DNA of 64,000 bases from Bugula neritina (lineage: Eukaryota > Animalia > Bryozoa), in NCBI GenBank assembly GCA_964035545.1, contig OZ037772.1:4282233-4346232 (forward strand), read 5' to 3'. Made by a program: the position numbers and the translations under genes. The first letter of the stretch is position 1. Each line of letters starts with the position of its first letter. A model generated the notes under the pieces. The model was not told where the DNA came from, searched no databases, and saw only the letters and a list, made by a program, of their open reading frames with translations. Shown piece by piece: positions 54,240 to 64,000 of the stretch.

Positions 54240-57090
54240 ACATCAATGAATCACTAGACGCTTTGGCTGGTAACAAGTACTTCAGCATGCTGGACTTGCT
54301 TAGCGGGTACTGGCAAGTTCCCTTGAGTCCTGACACACAGGACAAGGCTTTGTTTATTATGCGGACGGGCTCTGGAAATGTGAGGTGTTGCTATTTGAGT
54401 TGACTTCCGCCCCGGCCACCTTCCAAAGACTCTTGGAACAGGTTTTCAGTGGCCTTCACTAGAAGACCCTGCTCATTTACCTCGATGAAGTAATTGTGAT
54501 TTTCCCAGATTTCGCGACTCACATCAGCGGAAGGTTTTAGATTGGCTTAGAGATGCTGAAACTCTCCAAGTGTGCTCTGTTACAGCCAAAGGAGAAGTAC
54601 CTGGGTCATGTCGTGGGCCGTAATGGTGTTGCAATGGATCCTGGCAAGGTATGGGCAGTGGAAGACTGTGCTACCCCCTAAGACTTAACCGAGCTCCTGG
54701 CTTTCCTTGGGCTGGAAGGGTTCTATCGACAGTACAAACCTGACTCTGCGGGGGTGGCGCAGTCGTTAAATCGGCTGACCGCAAAAGGGGCTCAGTGGCA
54801 GTGGACCCCGACTGAACAGCAGGCGTTTGACCGCCTCAAAAGTTGCTTGATAAGAAAACCTGTCCTGGCCTATCCCAACATCGCACCAGAATACATCTTG
54901 GACACAGATGCCAGCAACCACAATGTCGGTGCCATACTGTCACAAGTCCAAGATGGCCGGGAGGTAGTCGTTGTCTGTTACAGCAAAAGCTCTATCCACC
55001 GCTGAAACGAATTACTGCACCACTGGGAAAGAGCTTCTGGCAGTGATCAAGGGGGTGAAGCACTTCCGGCCCTATTTGTATGGGATGATGTTCTAGCTGC
55101 GAACGGACCATGCCTCCTTGATATGGTTGTGCAAGAAAGCTGAACCTTCCAGTCAGGTTGCACAGTAGTTCAAAACCCTGGCCGAGTTTTCTACCAGATC
55201 GAACATAAACCCGGAAGAAACAGGGCAATGCAGACGGGCTGTGCTGGCGATCCGAAGAAAGGTGCAGACAGTGTCTAAATATCAAGAAAAAAATGGAGGC
55301 CTCTGACAATCCAATATGAAAGCACAGCCTGACCCAAAGAGGGGCTACAGCTGGGAGCACAGTCAATTGGTGCCCAAAAAACCCGCTGATGCTGTAAGTA
55401 CTCTCTGGGCTAAACCAGTCTTGGCCAGAAATTTCAGCGAGCTGCAGAAGCACCCCCATTGCTCAAACCCAGAAGACAGCCAGCAATGCGGGGCTGAGTG
55501 CGTTATACCCCGAACTATGGACAAGGTTAGGGAGCAATGGCTTCCGCCCCCAGCTGCAGGGGGGGGGGTTGGCGCAACCAGAGCAGCTCCGGCATTGCCA
55601 CCACATGAGCCAGAATGACCTCAGGAGGTGGGAGTCTTCTTTCAGGGAGGGGTCCCAAACCACGTGGCGAGAAATGAACTACGGCAAGTTTCTCCGCCCT
55701 ACATGCTCGTCCCCGGCATCTGTGACTCAGAAGTAGGAGCCACCATTGGCCCTGCAAAAGAGTCAGCGGTCGCGGCAACCCATGCCATATCTACAAGACT
55801 TTGTATGTGACTGCCTACAAAGTGACAAAATTGAAAGTTACGTGAGATTTATCGCAATAGGTTATTGCGGGCGTTGTGTGAGTTGTGTGCTCGAGAGCAA
55901 AAATTTTATTTGGGAGGGCAGAACAATGAGCAAAATTCATCCGCCAGTAACACAGCGTTTGAGCCACTTGCAGCGACCACGCTGCTCAGCATTTTTATAC
56001 GCAACCATAGTCAAAGCTGGATGTCACTTACCTCAAACTGCTTAAGTATGCAGTCAAATACTAAGTTTTGAGGTAAGTCCTTCAGATCTAATATTTCTAC
56101 TGATATGGAAACAGACCTGATGTCAGTCCAGCCTGATTCAATTAATCTGGTTGAGTTAGACTCGCTGGAGACTTTGACAACTGTCCTAGGCAGCGACAGT
56201 GTGTTGATGAAAGATGATCTATTAGATCTAGAATTGGAACACATAGTTTTCGCTCAGCCCAGGCAGTTGTCAGCTATTTTGCGGGTGCCATATAAAGTAG
56301 TTGGTGATTCTCAGATTGATCAAAGTGGAGATTTGCGTGAGTTAGAGTATAAAGATTCATTTAGATCTGACCCTAATTCTACTCGTATAGATCTCACTCG
56401 ATTTGCTTCCGCAGGTGTTCCACCATTTCCGGGATCGTGTTAGACAATGACCCAATGCCAGAGTGGCAACCATCCCCTGTTCTTTGTGCTAAGACCCCTT
56501 AGCCGTGAAAAGAGAAATTCTCTACCCCCCTCATCAAACTGTTCTGCTGGATAGTCGCAACCACTAATGAAAAGAATGCGATAGCCAAAGGAGAACTAAC
56601 TAATACAGCCTGTAGACTATGTCAACAACTATTTACCATTCTCAGCCGCCTAAAAGTGCATATGCCCCAGCACTTTGTCACTACCTTCTGTCCCTGTGGG
56701 GAATATAGTTATAATAGGGATTATATGTTACAGCATCAACGAACCATGAACTGTTATGTTGGGCACCTCTTTGACGTCGATGAACCGACATTCCCAAAGT
56801 TCTTTGCCGTCATCCGCCCGTTGGTGAAAGACCTCAGCAAACTCACCCAACTATCCAATGGGTTCCCGATTCACACAAAGACCTCTTCCAAGACCCTCTG
56901 GTAAGAGTAAAGCCTTTCAGTCAACGTCTGCTTCTCACTACCTTCCAGCTCCCAGGATAATGTTACGTGGCTTGGACACAAATACCCCTGAAACGGAAAC
57001 TCTCAGTTCCAGTTGCGCCCCCCCCTGTCGCGGGAATCTCGTCTAGCCAAGAGTAAGAAAAGGAGGAGAAAGTCCTCCATCTAGCCCGGC
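54240..57090 (+). mobile_element. Decayed Gypsy internal fragment (RT, RNase H, pol tail, 3' extra region)
   Basis: LDLLSGYWQV, APATFQR, YLDEVI, LDTDASNHNVGAILSQ, KELLAV..KHFRPYL..RTDHASL, SQRSRQPMPYLQDF; many stops. Similar RT sequence to 24120-24270. Confidence 0.85.
56581..56904 (+). pseudogene. Zinc-finger ORF remnant (C2H2 plus CxC-H-C) downstream of Gypsy pol
   Basis: CRLCQQLFTILSRLKVHMPQH fits C-x2-C-x3-F-x5-L-x2-H-x3-H, followed by CPCGEYSYNRDYMLQHQRTMNC. Confidence 0.65.
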
Positions 57091-57639
57091 CACATGGATT
57101 ACATAAAAAAAACCACACGTTCCTATGGAATTTGTACTAAGTTATCTTCTCTTTGCAATTATGACAGCTGAACTAAAACGATAATTAATACGGCCAACTT
57201 TGAATCAGTGTTCATGTGTTCTTGTAGTAGCCATGGAAAGTGCACACTCATCTGCCCCTGCCTAAGTGTTATAATAGATTGATGACAATAATATATTAAA
57301 AACATTGTAGTGTCATAAGTCAGGAGACTACAACTCCGTAACGATGCCGCAAGTATGTGCGGCACCGCGCCACTCTCCGAGTACCATCACCGGAACTTTC
57401 CACCAGCCAATTAGATTCACCTAACTATTTTGGTTCTCTTTAAAATCTTATAGTGAGGCATGCAGCATTAGGTTACAGCATAATACAACCCGTACATGCA
57501 GTAGCGCACGTAGCACACGTATTGGCTTACAAATAAGTTTTATAAATTTAAGACGATTGGTAATTATTTTAAATAATAGCAGCTAAGAAAAAAAATTAAC
57601 TTGTTATTAGCCGAAGAGGTAGGTGCAGTAGTAGAGATA

Positions 57640-57950
57640 TTAAATTCCAACAATCTAACAAATCTACAAAATATTAGGAAACAGCTCTGTCTAACACTTT
57701 CAACAATTCCTTAAAATGTTGATATATAAAACCATTGAAGTTCAAACAGTCTAACAAGCCAACAAAATAATTAGAAAAGGCTCTGTTTAACACTTTCAAC
57801 AAATTCTGAAAATAGTAATATACTGAACCATTAAATTCTATTAATCTAACTAATCTGCAAAATATTAGGAAAAAGCTCTGCCCAAAACTTCCAACAATTC
57901 CTGAAATTGTTAGTATATATAATCAATAAAATCTAGAAGTCTAACACTTT
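57640..57950. repeat. ~3.3 x 95-bp degenerate tandem repeat
   Basis: ctctg...aacactttcaac motif at ~57686, 57781, 57877. Confidence 0.75.
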
Positions 57951-59069
57951 ACCAAATACTTTCAATAAATATGAAACACTAGTCAGCCCTTGTTGTATCC
58001 ATAGTTTTCCACACTTTCAAATATGTTGGTAGGGCTCATCTAACAAAAGCTAAGAGCTTTTAACATTAAATTGCTATTCAATGAGTAATTTTTCGTCAAA
58101 ATCTCTATTTCTACTGGACCCGAAGTACACTTTAGCGTAGGTTGCAACTTATAATTATTGTTTACATCGCATAACTATGTAACAAGTGACACAAATGGTA
58201 ATCTCTGTGTTCCGCACACAACGTTTTATTTGATTCAGGCGGAGGAACCATTCCCATCATCTGCATAATGCGAAGGAAATTTTTCATCGAAGGAGCTGTT
58301 CGATTGAATTTCCGGCTGCACCATTGCTTCGGTGCAACTAGTTCCTTAGGGCGTATAAAAAATTCCATTTGCATAATGCAATAATGGAAACGTAGTAAAT
58401 GGAAACGTAGTGATTGTGATGACTGGATGACAAATGACTATTGCCGATTACTGATTCACAGAATCTCAAAGAAATTCCCTATCAGTTCCAACAGGCGAGC
58501 TAGAAAGATCACCCGCAAATACAAGACATGGAGGCTAGAACCCAGGCTATTCTATTAACACAAGGCTTATACATAAGTTGATCAACACCTGTTATTCTCA
58601 TAACTCACTCGTATTAATAAGCAGTACTAGTGGGCATAGACGCTGCACCTGGGAACTTCAGTATCCTTCGCCTATAAGCACCCCTCTAGACGCAGCTAAT
58701 TGGCAACAGTTTTCCTATAACTATGTATATGAAGGCAATAAATGTCACTAAGTAATACAATGCAAAATATATACCAGTATGGTTGAAAAGTATGTTTAAT
58801 GTATAACCATGACACTATGTCACATGACCTTATGTCACACATCATTATACAGATTCTATAATAGAACATCCGCTCATATCGAGTTACTAATATGATGTAA
58901 TTCACTTAGACTAATTTCTTTGGTTTCTTCTGATTCGAACCTCAGTATTTCAAGTCTGCCTTATGAATGCTATTTTATTTGATTGTTCAAATCCTTTTAT
59001 GTAGTGAATATATGGAATGTAAAAACGCAATAGTCAGGTCCTATCAGTTTTTATAACTAAAACAAATGA

Positions 59070-59184
59070 AGGTCATGTGACTCAGTAGTTAGCATTTGGC
59101 ACTCATCCAGTCTACTGTGTACAAGCGCTTTAAGCAGCTTTTGACAACATAAAGTAAGAAATATTAGTTAACTTTTTGAGCTAG
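59070..59184 (+). promoter_or_regulatory. Putative promoter / non-coding first exon of copy D
   Basis: Homologous to 38350-38460; ggtcatgtgactcag; donor AG|GTGAGC. Confidence 0.5.
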
Positions 59185-60452
59185 GTGAGCAAATAATGGT
59201 ACCATCAACATTCATATTGATTTATTAGGGAATAATATAATAACTAAATATCTATTTATGTACAAAACCATTTCATTTAGTTAATTTTCTTCTGCAGTAC
59301 TCATTTTAACTTCACTTGTGTCATCAAGAAAGAACTCTGTGTTTGTTGGTATATAAACTAGGAGTATCATTACTCAAACATAATTATTGTTTCTTCAATA
59401 TGGAACAGTGTTGGGCATTATAACATAGATCCTGGTAACTTTCAGAAACTGTTGCTATTGGTTAAACACTCATTGACTAAATAAATGTAGTTTTATATAT
59501 CTAAAGATTTTTTCTAAACGATTGTTTACTATAAATTGTTGCCCAGCTACAAGTTACACCCACACCGTGTGTAGCAGCAGGTGATGGCGAGACAAGTTGA
59601 AACTCTGATACTTGTCTTCCTTGTCATAACACATTGAGTATACAGAGCAGAACACTTTGACTTGTTTAACTAAACTAGTTAAAACTAGTTTAATAAACTC
59701 TTTTTACATGTATAGCGAGTCTGAAAAGTGTTAATGCACTGAAATTCCAAGAAGAGACTTGACAATACATTTGTTTCTAATGTAGCTTTTGCACCTTGAC
59801 AAAACTTCCCAAAATGCAGCACTTCTTGACATTTTCTGCTGTATTCATGTTTGAGTAAAATTGAAAACTCAAACTAATAATATTTTCATTTTATTTGGTG
59901 CCAAAAGTTTAGCATTATACTTTTTTCTCTAGGTTAAGCATTCACTTACATTAACAATAACAATATAGTTTATACAAGTGAAAGGTGGTCCTAATGAATA
60001 ATAGAATAGTGTATCTCCTGATGGAAGTGAAATGAAAACAATTATAGTAGCACTGCATATTCAGGATGAATATATTATTTGAATATTAGGGTAATTTACA
60101 ATTATACAAGATATGGGTACTTAGTAAATTAAACAAATTATATAAATAGTATAGTATTAATAATAGAGTGTATAATATAATACGAGTATTTTAAGTTCAA
60201 TACACTTTCAGGTTGCATAAGCAGCTGCCTTGAGGTGCTCCAGATGACACAGAGTGTTACATAACTCACTGGTATATTCATGTTTCAATTTGCCTCTAAA
60301 GTTTCCTTTATAATTTCACGATTTTTAGTCACAAGTTCAATTTGGCCGAGTTGCATTGCATTCCGCATCGGTATTGTAGTGGGTTCATGGAATGTATAAA
60401 TTGCACTGTGTGGGTTATTGAGACTTGGCACAGGGGAGTGTATCCTTTTGTA

Positions 60453-60825
60453 TGTGAGAGTGTTAGGGTAGTCAAGAGATGATAATTCAATAGAATATAA
60501 TCGAATGTTTATTGATACCAATTAGCAATCCAAGCAAAAAGTTACATACCTATAGCAAAAGTGTTACATCAACTAAAAGAAAACTACTACTAAAACAAAA
60601 TTAAGTTAAGTTGGCACAGCTATTCAACATCGTGGTGCTGGCGCAGCAATAACTATTTATAGCTGGGCAGCACCTATTACTGGCGTATTGTCCTCTATAA
60701 AACAAATCCAAGTTGGGTTACTAGCCAATGACATTGTCAGTGCGTGAGGTTGTAGATCCACAGAATCATTCATGTGGTGTTTTTAATCTCCAGGCTAAGC
60801 GTGTGAATGCCTGAAATCCCTTACA
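60453..60825 (-). mobile_element. Possible solo LTR
   Basis: Minus strand tgtaaggg...TATAAATA...AATAAA...ccctaaca/ctctcaca. Lies in an insertion absent from copies A and C. No clean TSD. Confidence 0.4.
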
Positions 60826-61365
60826 ATATGATTTCACCAAGTTTCAGTAAGATTATAAAGGGGTACTCAGGTGAGTGTCAATAACTGAAACTCGGTGCTT
60901 TTTTGAACAGCTTCAAGTAACAACAGAATTGGATAGCAGTGTTTAAAAGTGTTAAAATAACGTGTTCACTGAAACACACAGTTTTGTTTCATAATTTTCG
61001 TATATGAAACTTGATCGAATAATGAACAATGAAACTGATACAGGCTCTGTTAGACAGTTGAAGCTATGAGCTCAGCATACTGTAGCTATTTAATGCAGCT
61101 TACTATTTGTGTACCAGAGTTATTACTAGTCGTTGTGTAACATAATTTTATATCATCTTGTGTGAGTTGTTATACTAGCCTTTGGTTAACATAACTTATC
61201 ATTTCTGTCTGTGTGGTTTGTTGTTGATGTGGTTAGGATTTGGAACTTAATCTAGGTCAGTCCTTAGTTGATTTATGATAAAGAATAACTCTTGATAGAT
61301 GTACTGTTAAATCTTATTATGCTAAATATATGTCTTTTAAAAGGTTAGCAACTCAAATAGCCAAA

Positions 61366-62354
61366 ATGGCAGAATTCAGAGTTGTAAAAAAAAGCTAAAC
61401 AATTTGTATCGCTGTGGGTACTGCTTGCAGTACTTCAACAAACTTGAAGACCCCAGAACTCTGCCCTGTCTGCATGTGTACTGTATGAGATGTTTGAAGA
61501 CTGACATCGGTGGTAGGAAGGATCATATCAGATGTGCTTATTGTAGGTGAGTTACAGTACATATTGTAGGTGAGTTACAGTACATAATGTACCATCGTGA
61601 CTTACATTTTCTTTTCTCACTCTTATTATCTAGGAGTTGTCTGATCTGTATTTTTCAAGAGCCAACATTGAATACTTTATGTGACCTTTGGTAAACAAAA
61701 GTTTTTGAGTGGGTGTAGCTCATTTGATTAGGTAGACAGAATGATTGTTTTATGTAGATTTATATTTAGTAAAATTAAGAGAAAGTCAATTTCTGGTAAT
61801 CTTAGAGTATATCTTACATTATGTAATATATCCTAGATTATGTAATATATCTTATATTATGTGATTATATATGGTATATTACGTAATATATCTTATATTA
61901 TGTAATTATTTATAATTATATTTGCAGAGCACTAAGTTTTTATGTTGTTTTTATGAGTCTCTCTTTGTTGTCATTTATTTTGAAGTAAACAGTAGAGCAG
62001 CTTAGTGAATTATTCAATACTGATTGGTAGAACTTTATTACTTTCAACATAATCTGCTTAGTTTCATTTTAAAAGGAAGTCTTTCTGAGTTAAAAATATA
62101 TTAGAATTTTTTTGTATTATTATTGCATTGTTATTGAATTATTGAATATATTTCAGTTATTGTATTATACTAGAAAGTAAAAATTTGCATGTAGTTGTGT
62201 CAGCTGTATTCTTTTTGAAGGTGAACTGATGGTAACAATTCCCAGAGAAAGTTTCGGTGTGAATGACCAGGTGTATGCTATTGCTGTGTATAACAGAGAC
62301 ACAGTGTTTCTAGCATGTCAAGATGGACTGAAGAGATACACAATAAAATGCTAA
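61366..62354 (+). pseudogene. TRIM-like copy D pseudogene: frameshifted RING exon (61366..61546) plus last exon (62221..62354); exons 2-6 missing
   Basis: RING exon is 181 nt rather than 182 (gta aaa aaa agc TAA). Only 674 bp separate it from the last exon, and the phases are incompatible (2 vs 1). Confidence 0.85.
61808..61905. repeat. ~5 x 19-bp minisatellite (tatatcttatattatgtaa)
   Basis: Tandem copies at the copy D deletion junction. Confidence 0.8.
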
Positions 62355-63640
62355 ACTTATCAGTTACAGTTTACTAATGATCATGCAGCTCAGTGAGGTC
62401 AATACAGTTCATCAATACACACCCATAGTACATATCAAATATAATGTATAGTATTCCACTCACAATGTAATAATACTTCAATATAAGACTACATAATCTA
62501 CAGGACTTGCACTGCTTATATGCAGTATTTGATGTTGATTAGTAATTATTATGTAACATATTTACTCTGCTATGTTGTCAATACTCTGTTATAGTCACAT
62601 TTACTCAATAAAGTTTGTTTGTAGAAATTGTTTTGTGACTGGTTTATGACTCATCTAATTACTTAGTCATCATAATTTAAATATTATTTGCTTTTTCACG
62701 GAATAACCCTTCATCATAAGGTAGTTGCTGTATATAACTTGCTAGTTCAAATGACCTGTACAGAATAGATCAAATATTCCTGCAGATGTGCAATTCATAA
62801 GTCATGTGTATAAAAAGATTCACTGCAGTAACTTCTCAGCAAGGTTCTCCTGTAATAGCTTAATAAAAGTCTCAAAAACTACAAGTATAAAAAAAGTTTG
62901 TGTGGAAAAATGTCCCAGTATGAGAGAATTGTGAATTGCTGGTAAAAGACAACTCCAACCCCACCATGCATAAAGTTAAGGGCATCTAATTTTCATACTA
63001 AACTCAGTACCAGCTGCAAGACAATTCCAATAATTCAATTTAAGTTCATCTTGTTTCCGAGCTTGATACAATTGCATCTTGCAGCGCCTGCTCCACAATG
63101 CCTAGCAATATGTCAACAAATATAATCCAACTTGTCACGTGACTAACATTACGGATGTAATACAGCATTGCATTGCTAAACTTGGCACACAAGTTACTCC
63201 ACTGTAAGTTTCCTCTACCTTGCATCTAATTCACTAGCATCTATATTTGTTTATAAAATAATATCTCTAGTCTCAGCCAGCAATTAGCTTGCTTTATTGT
63301 TTTCCATTCAAGATGCATAAAGAACATTGTATTAAATTACAAAACTGTGAATCACTAAGTGATTCAGTCTTCAACAAAAGTAATAATATCAATATAAATA
63401 ATCAACTGCAGCCTATTATATTCTATGGGAATATGATATACCAGAATTGTGTAAAATAATTTACATATAAAGGCCTGGAATATTGTTCATAGTGTGAAGT
63501 GAAACACAAATATAAAAATACATATGCTATGGCCAATACAAAGTCTACCAAATATGCTAGTAACTTAGTAACTAGTAACTAGTAACTAAATATGTACTAT
63601 TAACTATATACAAAGAATACAATACATTAACCTGCAATAC
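62355..63640 (+). repeat. Segmental duplicate of copy B 3' UTR and flank (~35828-37270)
   Basis: Colinear near-identical tracts, e.g. gtgaattgctggtaaaagacaactccaacccc and ctctaccttgcatctaattcactagcatctatatttgtttataaaataatatctctag. Confidence 0.9.
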
Positions 63641-64000
63641 GTTGCACTAATGTCAGTGACTTGTTTTGTGAAAATACAATACACATAAGTTACCTTTGGG
63701 CTTAGATTCAATACATTTTTGGGAATATTGATATCAGCGAGCTGTGCATATAAAAAAATCTAGTCGCAAGAATTTTCTACATTCCAACTAAAATTCTTGC
63801 ATTATCTTTATAATGATCATTAGCTAGCAGGGTTACGTCACCCTGAAACTACTGTGCTATCTCACACATGTCCTTGTGTAATTTAAATAGGAGTTATGCT
63901 TCACCTAAACAAGTGCATCACATGACATAGCACTATCTGTGCCCTTTAAAACACTAGCCGAGTTACAATTAGTAGTAACAGAGACTGGATATCAGCTACC

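Overview
AT-rich, intron-rich animal (probably invertebrate) genomic DNA. The window holds a local cluster of four paralogous TRIM/RBCC-type E3-ligase-like genes (RING-HC, two B-box-like motifs, coiled coil, C-terminal NHL-like beta-propeller). Copy A (minus strand) has only its RING exon inside the window. Copies B (20452-35827) and C (40001-53723) are complete 7-coding-exon genes of about 620 aa with identical intron phases. Copy D (61366-62354) is a frameshifted, internally deleted chimera. The propeller exon differs far more between B and C (about 64% aa identity, hand count) than the B-box2/coiled-coil exons (87-90%), while the RING core is almost identical among A, C and D, suggesting diversification plus gene conversion. 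Introns are filled with transposons: a young, intact BEL/Pao LTR retrotransposon (2843-11300) nested in a hAT-type MITE, a decayed AcademX-like element, several Gypsy remnants (one next to a C2H2 zinc-finger ORF), Tc1, LINE, SINE and Helitron-like fragments, solo LTRs and long microsatellites. All identities were counted by eye; no database searches were run.
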